Below, piece by piece: positions 27,151 through 37,715 of a stretch of 64,000 nt of DNA; position 1 is the stretch's first letter, and each line of letters starts with the position of its first letter. The stretch spans positions 17,305 through 81,304 of the forward strand of contig CAZSYV010000001.1 in NCBI GenBank assembly GCA_964610955.1, given 5' to 3'. This stretch comes from an uncultured Klebsiella sp. (GTDB taxonomy: Bacteria > Pseudomonadota > Gammaproteobacteria > Pseudomonadales > UBA5518). A program made the position numbers and the translations under genes. The notes beneath the pieces were generated by a model, which saw nothing but the letters and a program-made list of their open reading frames with translations, was not told the origin of the DNA and did not search any database.

Positions 27151-30100
27151 CTACGGATTTCCTTTCTCTTTCGCTTCCGAGCGCAGGTGCAGATCCATCT
27201 GTGGATAGGGCATCTCGATGCCCTGCTCACGGAACACCCCGGTGATCCGCATGAGCAACTCGCTCTGCACCTCCGAGCGAAGAGCCACGTCCTCCACATA
27301 TGCAAAGCAGCGCATGCCAAGCGAGCTGGGAGCGAACTCGCGAAAGACCACCTCGGGTGCGGGGTCTCTCATCACGCGCGGGTGCGATCCGAGGATCTCG
27401 AGCAGCGTCTCGCGCACCTGCTGCGGGTCGCTGTCATAAGATACACCCACATCGAAACTCAGGCGGACAACGGGGCTGCTGAGCGTCCAGTTGATCAGGC
27501 GTTCGGTCACGAACATCTTGTTCGGCACGATGATTTCACGGTTGTCGGAGTCGGTGATCGTGGTCGCACGCATGCGGATACGCTGAATCGTGCCACTGTA
27601 CTCGCCAAGTGTGACCAGATCGCCGATGCGCACCGGGCGCTCGAAAAGCACGATCAGACCCGAAATGAAGTTCGCAAAGATCTCCTGCAGGCCAAAACCG
27701 ATCCCGACCGACAGACCTGCGGCCATCCATTGCAGCTTGGACCAGCCGAAACCGAGCATCTGCAACGACACCAGTGCGCCGATCAACACAACCGTGTAGC
27801 GGATCAGGGTCTGGATCGCATACAGAACACCTCTCTCCGTGATCAGATCGTAGAGCAGCACACCAACCAACGCCGGCAGTCCGGATGCAAACGCTGCACT
27901 CAGGCCAAGCACCAGCAGCGCCACCCCCACGTCGAAAAGCGATACGGTGGCAACCGTCTCCGCGCCGTCGATCGTCTGCACATAGCTCCACAAACCGATC
28001 GTATCGAGGATCGAAAGGGCGGCAAAGAACTGACGCCAGACGAAACCCAACGCCAACACCACCATTGCGGCAACCAGCACCTGCAGCAGAGCAATCGCCC
28101 CTGCGCTCATCTTCTCCAGATCGATCTGTTCAACCCCCTCAGCGGCGCCCTTCGGTGATCCCCCGCCCTTGTTCTCCTCCTCCATCGAACCCTGGACAGT
28201 CTGTACGGCAGCCATCGAACGCTGCGCGGCGATGGTCAGGCCAAGGAGCCCGGCATCGAGAATCATCTTTGCAAACACCAGCACGATGGCACTGAGAAAG
28301 ATGCGCAGCTGCAGTTCACGCGCCGTGAAATGATAACCTTGGACATCCAGCGCGAACACCAGCGGCAGCGCCACCAGAAGCGCCAGCATCATCAGGGTAC
28401 CGAAGCGCGACAGTCGCGGATGGCCTCGTGAGTAGAACGCGGAAGCGAACATGCCACGCATCGCACGCACGATTGCCAGCAGAAAGGCGAAGAATGCTCC
28501 GGTGAGCAGCAGACCCGTGATGCGATACGACTGATCCGCCGAATCCACGCTCATCAACCTCTGCGCTACCGCGAGAAAGGCCAGCGGCAGCATTACCCAC
28601 AACCCAACCCGCAACAGATGGCGAACGCGTTGTACGCGCACAGTCTCCCAGCACAGGTGGGCACGCGCAAAACCCTCGTGCGCCATCATGCCGAGCACGA
28701 GCAGGTAGAGATAGCTGAGTCCGGCCGTCTGGTAGCACGCCCCGACCAGCGCCTGGGCTGTGGGTCCCGGCATCTGGATACCGGAAAAAAGCCAGCCCAG
28801 GCCGCCGAGCAGCAGTGGTACCGGCAACGCAAGCAACATGTGGATCGCGATGCTCTCCAGCCCCATCCGGTAGCGATAGTTACGCCAGCCAACACGGCGC
28901 AGGCTGAGTGAGCTGAGCTGTTTCAGTATTCCGGCGCGGTAGCGCCAGATGAGCAACGCAACGAGCAACGGTACGCCCGCGCCCAATGGGCGTTCACGCA
29001 AGCCTTCCTTCAGCCCACCTGCCGTCGCCTGCCAATCCTGTGCGAGCAGCAGGGCCCATGTGGCACCCGGCCATGCGAGCAGATCGGCGAATCTCAGGGC
29101 GGGATGCGATTTCATCCAGATCAGATTGCGATCGATCAACTTGCGAAAGCCGGATGCAGAATCCGATTGCTGCCGGTACGCCTGCTCCAAATCGACGATC
29201 TGTGCGGTGAACTCGACATAGGTGCGATTCAGTGCATCGAGCAGCCGGCTGCGATCGCCGAGCAGGCGATCCGCCTCCACCAGCATGGCAGCCCGCTCGG
29301 CCGTCCCCGACGGGAATCGCAATTCGATGGCGCGATAGACGACCTCTCGCGACTGAACATCGCCCGCAAGCAGACGCGCGATCTGGAACTCGCGCAGTCG
29401 TGTGTCGGAGAGCATATTGGCCACCGTGTCGAGCTTGTCGGCCGGCTGCTCGTAGCCTGCGAGCTTGCGGTACTGCGCCATCAGCACGGGCCCGAGCGCA
29501 TCACTGAGCGCTGCAATCTCCAACTGCAGCCGGGTGCTCTCGTAACTGCTGGCTATATCGCTTGCAAGCGCACTCGCTGCACTGACGTCCGCCGCAACGG
29601 CCTCTGCACGCGATACCACATCGACATACTCATCTGCCAACCCACCGATTTCGGCATGCAATGCACCGAGCTCGGGCAGCTCGGGTGTCGGGGGTGTCGC
29701 TTCGACGAGATGCTCGCGTACCTGGTCACGCAGCTGCTCCGCATCGCCGATACGTTTCAGGCTGTCCATGCCGAGCAGTTCGCCAAGGAAACGCTCCTCC
29801 TGCTCGCGCTGTGCGGTAACCAGCTTCAAGCGCAGCTGTGCGGCCGCAAGACGATCCGGGACAGTCTGCACCTCGGTCTCGAGACGTGCGATACGGCTTG
29901 CGCGCAGTTCGCGGCCGATCAGCCACTGCTCCTGGCGTGCGCGGGTCAGTGCCGGATTTTCACCGCTCACGCCTGCCGGCATCTTGCCCGGCGTCACCAC
30001 GGCTGCGGTGAGCGCGTTGAGCTCCTGACGTGCCGCCTCGACCCGTGACTGCAGATTCGCAACGCTCGCCTGCAACGAGGCCTCATCGCTGCGCAGCGCG

Positions 30101-30522
30101 GTGAGCCGCGTACGCGTGCTGCGCAGCGTCTTCTCCAGCCGCTGTACCGTCACGCCCTGGGCAAGGCTGCTCGCCGAACGCACCTGGCGCTGCAGTTCGT
30201 CGAGCTCACGCGTGTACTGCCCGATCTTCTCGGGCACCTCCTGGTAGCGCTTCAGATACCGGGCGCTGCTTTCACGGTTTTCGGCTATCGCCGCCAGATC
30301 CTGCGCATTGCGCTGCTGGATCTCGAGCAGGCGTGCGTTCTGGGGATCCTCGCTGCCACTTGCGCCAAGCATCTCGATCTGATGCTGCACATCCTCGAGG
30401 CTGGGCAGCTCCTGCGAGGTAGCAGGAACCTCGGCCGCAACCACTGCCAGACTGAGCACGCACGGCACAACGATCCGCAGCAGACTCGCGACGGACCACA
30501 GGGCAGCTCCGAGGTGTGGCAT
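27151..30522 (-). CDS. mscK: MscK/KefA-type large mechanosensitive channel
   Basis: Signal peptide, a long coiled-coil periplasmic region and multiple TM helices. The C-terminal MscS core reads ...GIGFGLQEIFANFISGLIVLFERPVRIGDLVTLGEYSGTIQRIRMRATTITDSDNREIIVPN... ATG 30522 is preferred over GTG 30558. Confidence 0.9.
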   Translation of the reverse strand: MPHLGAALWSVASLLRIVVPCVLSLAVVAAEVPATSQELPSLEDVQHQIEMLGASGSEDPQNARLLEIQQRNAQDLAAIAENRESSARYLKRYQEVPEKIGQYTRELDELQRQVRSASSLAQGVTVQRLEKTLRSTRTRLTALRSDEASLQASVANLQSRVEAARQELNALTAAVVTPGKMPAGVSGENPALTRARQEQWLIGRELRASRIARLETEVQTVPDRLAAAQLRLKLVTAQREQEERFLGELLGMDSLKRIGDAEQLRDQVREHLVEATPPTPELPELGALHAEIGGLADEYVDVVSRAEAVAADVSAASALASDIASSYESTRLQLEIAALSDALGPVLMAQYRKLAGYEQPADKLDTVANMLSDTRLREFQIARLLAGDVQSREVVYRAIELRFPSGTAERAAMLVEADRLLGDRSRLLDALNRTYVEFTAQIVDLEQAYRQQSDSASGFRKLIDRNLIWMKSHPALRFADLLAWPGATWALLLAQDWQATAGGLKEGLRERPLGAGVPLLVALLIWRYRAGILKQLSSLSLRRVGWRNYRYRMGLESIAIHMLLALPVPLLLGGLGWLFSGIQMPGPTAQALVGACYQTAGLSYLYLLVLGMMAHEGFARAHLCWETVRVQRVRHLLRVGLWVMLPLAFLAVAQRLMSVDSADQSYRITGLLLTGAFFAFLLAIVRAMRGMFASAFYSRGHPRLSRFGTLMMLALLVALPLVFALDVQGYHFTARELQLRIFLSAIVLVFAKMILDAGLLGLTIAAQRSMAAVQTVQGSMEEENKGGGSPKGAAEGVEQIDLEKMSAGAIALLQVLVAAMVVLALGFVWRQFFAALSILDTIGLWSYVQTIDGAETVATVSLFDVGVALLVLGLSAAFASGLPALVGVLLYDLITERGVLYAIQTLIRYTVVLIGALVSLQMLGFGWSKLQWMAAGLSVGIGFGLQEIFANFISGLIVLFERPVRIGDLVTLGEYSGTIQRIRMRATTITDSDNREIIVPNKMFVTERLINWTLSSPVVRLSFDVGVSYDSDPQQVRETLLEILGSHPRVMRDPAPEVVFREFAPSSLGMRCFAYVEDVALRSEVQSELLMRITGVFREQGIEMPYPQMDLHLRSEAKEKGNP

Positions 30523-30654
30523 TGCAGGACTCACCGGTTCGACGCGCAATCGGAACACCAGTCTAACGACTGGTTCTGCGTTGACGAATTGTATCGAGAG
30601 AGGATTCTCTGCTAGTTTTCCATACAGTATTTCATCAATCGGATCCTCTTGATC

Positions 30655-31467
30655 ATGCAGTCACATGTGGAAGTCCAGCATCCACGCGCAATCTATGCCG
30701 CACTGGAGCCCGCTCGCGCCGCACAGGAACTGGTAGGCATGCTGCCCGCACACCTCTGGCTGAGCCACCAATCCCGTGGCGACGGGCATCCCGTGGTCAC
30801 AGTGCCTGGATACGGCGGCGGAAACAGCAGCATGGCACTGATGCGTCGCTATATCAGCCGCTGGGGCTACGAGGCACACCCCTGGCCACTCGGGCGCAAC
30901 ATGGACCCCGCCACCACACGCAACATCGACGGTGTGCTGGAGTTCATGGAGCGGGTCATAGCCACGATGAGCGAGCAACTGCACCAGATCCACAGAGACA
31001 CGGGCCGGCGGGTTTCACTGGTCGGCTGGAGCCTGGGTGGGCTGTATGCCCGCCAGCTCGCAGCACGCTTTCCCGACCTGGTGCGTCAGGTCATCACCCT
31101 GGGTTCGCCCTTCGGCGACCCACGGGCGACGATCCTCTGGCCGATCATGCAGCGGTTGATCAACGCACCCGAACCCAGACCGGGTGAACTGCAGCGCTGG
31201 AACACCATGGCAAGGGTTCCGGTCGAGGTACCGAATTCGATCATCTGGAGCCGCAGTGACGGTTTCGTGCATCCGAGCATCGCGTGTCCGCCACAGGGAC
31301 CCCTTTCGGAAAACATCCACATCTGCAGCAGCCACATGGGTTTCGGGGCAAATCCGTTGGCATACTACGTCCTGGCCGACCGACTCGCCCAACCCGAAGG
31401 CGGCTGGCAGCCCTTCGCACGGACGCGATGGCGACGTATGCTGTTTGGCAGCAGGACACGAGACTGA
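30655..31467 (+). CDS. Alpha/beta-fold hydrolase
   Basis: Nucleophile elbow GWSLGG, and ...VITLGSPFG... The track start is TTG 30649; the first ATG is 30655. Confidence 0.8.
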   Translation: MQSHVEVQHPRAIYAALEPARAAQELVGMLPAHLWLSHQSRGDGHPVVTVPGYGGGNSSMALMRRYISRWGYEAHPWPLGRNMDPATTRNIDGVLEFMERVIATMSEQLHQIHRDTGRRVSLVGWSLGGLYARQLAARFPDLVRQVITLGSPFGDPRATILWPIMQRLINAPEPRPGELQRWNTMARVPVEVPNSIIWSRSDGFVHPSIACPPQGPLSENIHICSSHMGFGANPLAYYVLADRLAQPEGGWQPFARTRWRRMLFGSRTRD

Positions 31468-31490
31468 ATCTCTGACAGGAGCAACGCCTC

Positions 31491-32060
31491 ATGGGGTATG
31501 CACTGCGGCGCATCGGCAATCTGTTGGGTGGGCTGGCGCTGGTTCTTGCGACTGGCGCATGCAGCACCACGCCGCGTGTGATCACCGACTACAACCCCGG
31601 CTACGATCTCAGCCAGGCACGCGCCTTCGCGATCGTTGACCCCGAGACTGCAGGAAACTCTCCCGCGATTGCCAGCGACGATCTGCTGCAGAACCGCATT
31701 CGCCACGCCCTTGCCGGCGCCCTTGAAGCGCGCGGCTTCCAGATCGTGGAGCCGGAACAGGCACAGCTGCTCGTCAGCTTTCTGGTCACTACCGAAAACC
31801 GCACGCGCATCCGCGAATACAATCTCGGCTGGTCCTACACCCACTGCTGGCGCTGTGGCTCCTTCATGGGCGGCGCCGACATCGATATCGATCAGTACAC
31901 CGAAGGCACGCTGTTCATCGACTTCATCGACCCTGCGAGTCGTCAGCTGCAGTGGCGCGGATCGGCCACACGACGGCTGGTCGCCAACCGCAGCGTTGCC
32001 GAGCGCGAGCGCATCATCAACGAGACGGTCAAGGCGATCGTCGCCAGCTTTCCGCCCTGA
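31491..32060 (+). CDS. DUF4136-type lipoprotein
   Basis: Lipobox LATGAC. The segment ...EGTLFIDFIDPASRQLQWRGSATR... is typical of DUF4136. An AGGAG RBS lies upstream. Confidence 0.8.
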   Translation: MGYALRRIGNLLGGLALVLATGACSTTPRVITDYNPGYDLSQARAFAIVDPETAGNSPAIASDDLLQNRIRHALAGALEARGFQIVEPEQAQLLVSFLVTTENRTRIREYNLGWSYTHCWRCGSFMGGADIDIDQYTEGTLFIDFIDPASRQLQWRGSATRRLVANRSVAERERIINETVKAIVASFPP

Positions 32061-32075
32061 CCCTGCCCATCGAGA

Positions 32076-32849
32076 CTACGCCGGCAGTCCCAGGCCGGAG
32101 AAAAACGCGCGCAGACCGTCTTCTCCGGCACTTTCCCAGGCGCGCAGCGCCGCCGTACCGATGATCGCAATGTCGGCATGCCGGGCAATGAACGCGATAT
32201 CTTCGGCACTCGCCACACCGAAACCAAGTGCCAGCGGCAGGCTGGTCGCAGACCGACAGCGCTCCAGCAGGGCAACCACTTCCTCGTTCATCGTGGTTCC
32301 CGATCCCGTGACGCCACGACGCGCCACCACATAGACAAAACCCTGCGCGATTGCTGCGAGCTGTTTCAGCCGCTCATCGCTGCTGGTCGGTGTCATCAGG
32401 ACGATCGGCGCCAGATCGTGCGCCAGTGCAAGCGCGTGCAGTTCACTCGCCTCCTCGATCGGTAGGTCGGGCAGGATGAAGCCGACGCCGCCGGCCCTGG
32501 CAAGACGCTCGACGAAGGCTTCGTGCCCCATGCGAAAGACGGTGTTGTAGTAACCCATCATCAGCACGCGGAAGGGAAAATGCGCACTTGCACGCGCCAT
32601 GAACTCGAAGCACTGGGCAACCGTGGTGCCGCGTGCCAGCGACTCCTGATTCGCCTTGACGAACAACGGGCCATCTGCCGAGGGTTCCGAGAAGGGAAAC
32701 TGCAGCTCGACCAAATCGACACCGGCAGCAGCCATGATCTCCAGCTCGCGCCAGTTGTCCTCGAAGCTGGGATAGCCGCAGACGACGTGCGTCATCACCA
32801 ACGGTCGACGCGTCGCACCGCGACGCTGCAGATGATCACTCAAGCGCAT
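32076..32849 (-). CDS. trpA: Tryptophan synthase alpha chain
   Basis: ...GVDLVELQFPFSEPSADGPLF..., ...MGYYN..., ...GFGVASAEDI... The ATG overlaps the 3' end of trpB by 14 nt. The track ORF (to 32996) is over-extended. Confidence 0.95.
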   Translation of the reverse strand: MRLSDHLQRRGATRRPLVMTHVVCGYPSFEDNWRELEIMAAAGVDLVELQFPFSEPSADGPLFVKANQESLARGTTVAQCFEFMARASAHFPFRVLMMGYYNTVFRMGHEAFVERLARAGGVGFILPDLPIEEASELHALALAHDLAPIVLMTPTSSDERLKQLAAIAQGFVYVVARRGVTGSGTTMNEEVVALLERCRSATSLPLALGFGVASAEDIAFIARHADIAIIGTAALRAWESAGEDGLRAFFSGLGLPA

Positions 32850-34089
32850 ACTGAGCCGCCTTGGCGCTGATGAAGCGCTTCCAGTTTGAGTCACCGAGCG
32901 CATCGGCAACGGTGAAGATGTCCTTGTCGCCGCGTCCCGACTGATTGACCAGGACCACCGCATCACGACCAAGCGAGGGCGCCTCGCGCACGGCACGCAC
33001 GAACGCGTGCGTGCTCTCGAGCGCCGGGATCAGCCCTTCGGTGCGCATCACCAGCCGCAGGGTCTCGGCAACCTCCGCATCGCTTGCCGCCTCGAAACGC
33101 ACCCGCCCCTGCTCCCACAGCCACACCAGGATCGGATTGACGCCGATGTAGTCGAGCCCTGCCGCGACCGAATGCGTCTCGAGCATATTGCCCTGCTCGT
33201 CCTGCAGGAAATAGGTCTTGAAGCCCTGCGCAACACCCACCGATGCGTCATGGTAGGCAAGGCGCGATGCATGCTGCCCCCGACCGGTGCCAAAGCCGCC
33301 TGCTTCGCAGCCGATCAGCTCGACACCCTCGTCATCGAGGAATCCCTGGAAGATGCCGATCGCATTCGAGCCGCCACCAACGCAGGCATAGACACGATCG
33401 GGCAGACGCCCGGCAGACGCCAATATCTGCTCGCGCGCCTCGAGGCCGATGATCGACTGGAACCAGCTCACCATCTCGGGAAACGGGTGGGCACCGCAGG
33501 CCGTGCCGAGCACGTAGTGCGTGTCGGCCATATTGGTTGCCCAGTCACGCATCGCCTCGTTGATCGCGTCCTTCAGCGTGCGCTGGCCATCCTCGACCGA
33601 TACCACCTCGGCACCGAGGTTCTCCATCCAGAACACGTTCGGACGCTGGCGTGCGATGTCGACCGCTCCCATGTAGATGCGACAGCGCAGGCCGAACCTG
33701 GCAGCCATCGTCGCAGTCGCGAAACCATGCTGCCCCGCCCCCGTTTCGGCGATCACGCGCGTCTTGCCGAGACGCCGGCACAGCAGGCCCTGCCCCATCA
33801 CGTTGTTGATCTTGTGCGAGCCGGTGTGATTGAGATCCTCGCGCTTGACGTAGATCTGTGCACCACCGAGTTCGCGCGACAGGTTCGCGAGGTGTGTGAC
33901 CGGGGTCGGTCGCCCCGAGTACTCCCGCATCAGCTGGCGGTATTCCTCCCAAAACGACGGATCGCTCTTCGCCGCGCGAAAGCCCTCGCGCAGCTCCTCG
34001 ATCGTCGAATGCAGGATCTCCGGCAGGAAGGCGCCACCATAGCTACCGTAGTAGCCCTCCCGGCCGGGTGCGAATTCGAACAGGTCCAT
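32836..34089 (-). CDS. trpB: Tryptophan synthase beta chain
   Basis: ...YVKREDLNHTGSHKINN (PLP lysine), ...ETGAGQHG..., ...GGGSNAIG... The start is MDLFEF... Confidence 0.95.
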   Translation of the reverse strand: MDLFEFAPGREGYYGSYGGAFLPEILHSTIEELREGFRAAKSDPSFWEEYRQLMREYSGRPTPVTHLANLSRELGGAQIYVKREDLNHTGSHKINNVMGQGLLCRRLGKTRVIAETGAGQHGFATATMAARFGLRCRIYMGAVDIARQRPNVFWMENLGAEVVSVEDGQRTLKDAINEAMRDWATNMADTHYVLGTACGAHPFPEMVSWFQSIIGLEAREQILASAGRLPDRVYACVGGGSNAIGIFQGFLDDEGVELIGCEAGGFGTGRGQHASRLAYHDASVGVAQGFKTYFLQDEQGNMLETHSVAAGLDYIGVNPILVWLWEQGRVRFEAASDAEVAETLRLVMRTEGLIPALESTHAFVRAVREAPSLGRDAVVLVNQSGRGDKDIFTVADALGDSNWKRFISAKAAQYALE

Positions 34090-34200
34090 GCGCCGGAACT
34101 CCGCTGCAAAGGGCGTGAAGGATACGCAAAAGCACGCCGCCCAGAAACCACTGTTGCCACGCAGCGGCACCACCGCGCCACTGTTCGACCGTGGACCCGA

Positions 34201-35271
34201 CTACAGCCACTGCTTGCGGCGAAAGAACCAGATCAGTCCGCCGACGATCGTGACCATCACCAGCCACACCAGCGGATACCCCCAGTACCAGCGCAGCTCC
34301 GGCATCGCCCATGGCGATGCACCCGGGTCGAAGTTCATGCCGTAGACGCCCACGATGAACGTCAGTGGTATGAAGATCGTGGAGATGATCGTCAGCACCC
34401 GCATCACCTCGTTGGTGCGGTTGCTGATGCTCGACAGATAGACCTCGAGCAGGCTCGCGGTCATTTCGCGAAAACTCTCCAGCAGGTCGATCACCTGCAC
34501 GCTGTGGTCGTAGCAGTCGCGCAGGAACGGTCGCGTCTGCTCATCGATCAGATCGATCTCGTCACGCTGCAGCCGACTCACCAGCTCGCGCTGCGGCCAC
34601 AGCATGCGCCGCAGCAGCAGCAACTCGCGGCGGATACGGTGCAGACGTGCGATCGTATTGCGCCCGGGCTGCTCGAGCAGTTCTTCCTCCATATCCTCGA
34701 TGTCACTACCGAAGTGCTCGAGTACCGGAAACGCGGCATCGACGACGAAGTCGACGAGCGCATAGAGCAGGTAGTCGATGCCCCTCGTACGCAATCGCGA
34801 GACCGAAGGCGGACGCATGCGCCTGCGCAGTGCATCGAAAGGATCATTCGGTGTGGTGGAAAAGCAGACCAGGTAGTCGGTTCCCGCAAAAATGCTGATC
34901 TGCTCGCTGCTCACCCCATCGGCAGTCAGCACCGGCATCGCCATCACCACGAAGGTCTGCTCGCCGTAGATGTCGATCTTCGGGCGCTGGCCTACATTCG
35001 AAACATCTTCCAGTGCGAGTTCATGGAGATCGAAAAGCCGGCCGAAGCTGCGCAGGGTCGCCACGTCGGGACGGCCGTTGATCTGTATCCAGGTGCGTGC
35101 CGTACGCTTGCGATATGGAACGCAGTCCTCCGGTCGCTCGAGGGTCAGCTCGACATATTCATCGGCGTCATATCCGACCAGCCGGATCTCGATCTCGCCC
35201 TGGCCGCTGTCATCGAGCGTCCCCGGTGCCGTTCCCGGCGGATGGTAGTTCCTGCCCAGATGATCCATCAT
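34201..35271 (-). CDS. corA: CorA magnesium/cobalt transporter
   Basis: C-terminal ...FIVGVYGMNFDPG... (GMN motif) and two TM helices. The track start is TTG 35283; the first ATG is 35271. Confidence 0.9.
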   Translation of the reverse strand: MMDHLGRNYHPPGTAPGTLDDSGQGEIEIRLVGYDADEYVELTLERPEDCVPYRKRTARTWIQINGRPDVATLRSFGRLFDLHELALEDVSNVGQRPKIDIYGEQTFVVMAMPVLTADGVSSEQISIFAGTDYLVCFSTTPNDPFDALRRRMRPPSVSRLRTRGIDYLLYALVDFVVDAAFPVLEHFGSDIEDMEEELLEQPGRNTIARLHRIRRELLLLRRMLWPQRELVSRLQRDEIDLIDEQTRPFLRDCYDHSVQVIDLLESFREMTASLLEVYLSSISNRTNEVMRVLTIISTIFIPLTFIVGVYGMNFDPGASPWAMPELRWYWGYPLVWLVMVTIVGGLIWFFRRKQWL

Positions 35272-35359
35272 GGCGCTCCACAATGCCCTTCTGCGAAGCT
35301 TAGCCGATGGTGTGCCCGGGTGTCCCTGGCGCGATGTCTCGAACCAGGAGAGCCATACA

Positions 35360-36106
35360 ATGAATCATCCGGATTCCGACATCATCTCACCGCGGCGCGT
35401 GGCACCGGTACGTGGACTGGAGTGGATCACTGCGGGCTGGGCGCCGTTTGCGGCCAACCCCGGACAATGGATCGCGCTCACCCTGCTGTGGCTTGCGGTA
35501 ATCACCATCTGCCACGCCCTGCCAGTCCTCGGCAGCCTGGTGGCACCGTTCGTATCCAGTGTCTTCGCCGCTGGAACCCTGCTTGCGGCAAAGCGCGCGC
35601 GAGACCAGGGCTCGACCACGCTGCTGAGTGATGTGTTCACGATTGCATCGCACGCGGCGCTGCAGCCGGTACTGATCGTCGCTGGAATCTACCTTGGAAT
35701 GACGCTGGTGGTGATGCTCGTGTTCGTATCGATCATGGCAACCATCGGCGGACTGAGTCTCCTTGCCGGCTTCACGCATATGGCGCCAGGCGCTCTGACG
35801 GGCGGCGCGTTCGGAGTGCTGCTGGCGCTGCTGGCATTGCTTGCGGCAATCGTTCCGATCACGGCAATGTACTGGTATGCAATCCCCGATGTGGTGCTCC
35901 GTGGCGCCGAGCCCTGGGTCGCGATGCGCCGCAGCCTGGGCGCATGCATCGACAATATCGTGCCGCTGCTGGTCTACGGCGTACTGCTGCTGATCGTCTT
36001 CACGATCGCCATGATTCCATTTGGCCTTGGGTTGCTGGTCGCGGTGCCCGTGCTGCTCAACTCCTGGTTGATCAGTTACGAGGACATCTACACGGGCACC
36101 GCCTGA
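35360..36106 (+). CDS. BPSS1780-family integral membrane protein
   Basis: ...RGLEWITAGWAPFAANPGQWIALTLLWLAVITICHALPVLGSLVAPF... followed by multiple TM helices. An AGGAG RBS precedes ATG 35360. Confidence 0.7.
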   Translation: MNHPDSDIISPRRVAPVRGLEWITAGWAPFAANPGQWIALTLLWLAVITICHALPVLGSLVAPFVSSVFAAGTLLAAKRARDQGSTTLLSDVFTIASHAALQPVLIVAGIYLGMTLVVMLVFVSIMATIGGLSLLAGFTHMAPGALTGGAFGVLLALLALLAAIVPITAMYWYAIPDVVLRGAEPWVAMRRSLGACIDNIVPLLVYGVLLLIVFTIAMIPFGLGLLVAVPVLLNSWLISYEDIYTGTA

Positions 36107-36171
36107 GCCCGCAGTGCCCCGTCTCGAGCAACGCCACCCGTTGGCGCCGCATCCAGGCGCCTGGCAGCCGG

Positions 36172-36996
36172 CTAACCCTGTCCGCGTACCATCTGCAGCA
36201 TCGCATCACTGTCCGGGATTTCCCACATGGTCGAGCAATACCCGCCGTCGATGAGCAGCGTCTCGCCGGTGATGTAGGATGCCGCCGGGCTGCACAGGAA
36301 CAGGATACCGTTGACCACGTCCTGGGGTCGACCCGTGCGCTGAAGCGGCGTGCGGGCAAGGAAAGCGCGCATCCAGCCACTCTGTTCTTGCGTGAGCTCG
36401 GCGCCGCCACCCATGTTCGTCTCGATCGTGCCGGCCGCCACTGCATTGGCGCGGATTCCGTAGCGGCCCCATTCCGCGGCAAGCGTCTTTGTCAGCACGA
36501 CGAGCCCGGCCTTCGCAGCGCCATAGCCCGGCGTCAACGGATAGCCAAAATAGGAAGTGAGCGAGGCCAGACCAACGACGCTCGCGCCGCCTTCGATGCG
36601 GCTTTCCCGCAGTTTCGGCAGACAGGCCATCGAGAGTCTGAAGGCGCTGGTAAGGTTGATCTTGACGGAAAGCTCGAAGTTGGCCGCGCTCCATTGGTCA
36701 GGACCGCCCGGAAACGGCTCGCCCGCGTTGTTGATCAGGATATCGAGCTGCGGCAGCGATCGGGGCAGGGCCTCTACCTGCACATCGTCCGCGACTTCGA
36801 GCTGCAGATACCGGAAACGGCTCAGATCCGTGTCGTAGTCGTCAGGTGTGCGCTTGCGGCCGGTGATGGTGACGATCGCTCCGGCATCGGTGAAGGCGTG
36901 GGCGAGCCGGTTGCCGATACCGTGCGAACCACCCGTGATCAGGACCTGAGCATCGCGAAACTCCCAACGCACGCCGACCTGTGGAACGTTGCTCAT
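36172..36996 (-). CDS. SDR-family oxidoreductase (FabG-like)
   Basis: TGGSHGIGN cofactor motif, NNAG, and a Y-x3-K catalytic motif (YGAAKAG). The ATG overlaps the upstream VOC gene stop (ATGA). Confidence 0.9.
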   Translation of the reverse strand: MSNVPQVGVRWEFRDAQVLITGGSHGIGNRLAHAFTDAGAIVTITGRKRTPDDYDTDLSRFRYLQLEVADDVQVEALPRSLPQLDILINNAGEPFPGGPDQWSAANFELSVKINLTSAFRLSMACLPKLRESRIEGGASVVGLASLTSYFGYPLTPGYGAAKAGLVVLTKTLAAEWGRYGIRANAVAAGTIETNMGGGAELTQEQSGWMRAFLARTPLQRTGRPQDVVNGILFLCSPAASYITGETLLIDGGYCSTMWEIPDSDAMLQMVRGQG

Positions 36997-37523
36997 GTGA
37001 CCACCGTGGGGCGCACCGGATCACGACCGTCCCAGTCGCGGGCGAGTGCACGCAGTTCCTCGTTCGCTGCCATCATCGCCGGTGTCGCCTCGATCAGTTC
37101 GACCATCCAGCCGGATCCGGCGCCGGGTTCGAGATAGCAGAAGTGCACACCGATGCCGGCACACCCTTCCTGCACGGGGCGCAGGCCTTGCCCGGCGAGG
37201 CGTGCAAGATCCTCGTGACAGCTCGTGGTATAGGCACCCATATGCTGCAGTCCCGTGCGACCGCTGCGGAGAAAATCGCGGTAGATCGAGGGTGCATCAT
37301 TGTGCTGCTCGATGAGCTCGATCTGCACATCGCCCCACCAGCCCATGGCCACGGAGGCATCGATCCCGGTCGGGCGGCCACGATAGGTCACGCCTCCGTA
37401 GTCGACGTGCTCGTAGACGAAGAACGGCCCGACGTTCATCACACGGATCCAGTGATCGAGCGCTGCTTCGAGGTCGGGCACGACGAAGGCGTTCTGGCGC
37501 AGGGGAGGAAACCGTCGGATCAT
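36993..37523 (-). CDS. VOC-family (glyoxalase/dioxygenase fold) protein
   Basis: ...NAFVVPDLEAALDHWIRVMNVGPFF... and ...GLQHMGAYT... are paired beta-alpha-beta-beta-beta modules. Translationally coupled to the SDR gene. Confidence 0.8.
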   Translation of the reverse strand: MIRRFPPLRQNAFVVPDLEAALDHWIRVMNVGPFFVYEHVDYGGVTYRGRPTGIDASVAMGWWGDVQIELIEQHNDAPSIYRDFLRSGRTGLQHMGAYTTSCHEDLARLAGQGLRPVQEGCAGIGVHFCYLEPGAGSGWMVELIEATPAMMAANEELRALARDWDGRDPVRPTVVT

Positions 37524-37715
37524 GCTGCTGCTCCTCGAATCGCAGCTGAGACATGTCTCCGAATATAGGTGCAACTGCACGTCGTCAAATCACCGATTTG
37601 AGCGACCCTGAAGCAGCATGGAAACGGCGCGACTAATCGATATTGAGTAGGCACCCCGAGAAATACTCGAGGAAACTCGGTAGTGCCCGCATAACAATAC
37701 ACCGGGGAGCATACG

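Noticed and set aside
33007-35631. 874-aa plus-strand ORF, the longest-looking novel ORF in the track
   Set aside because: It runs antisense to trpB and corA, both of which have unmistakable family signatures, and continues into the next gene. Its translation is Arg/His/Ala/Pro-rich with no recognisable motifs. This is a classic stop-codon-poor shadow frame of high-GC coding DNA.
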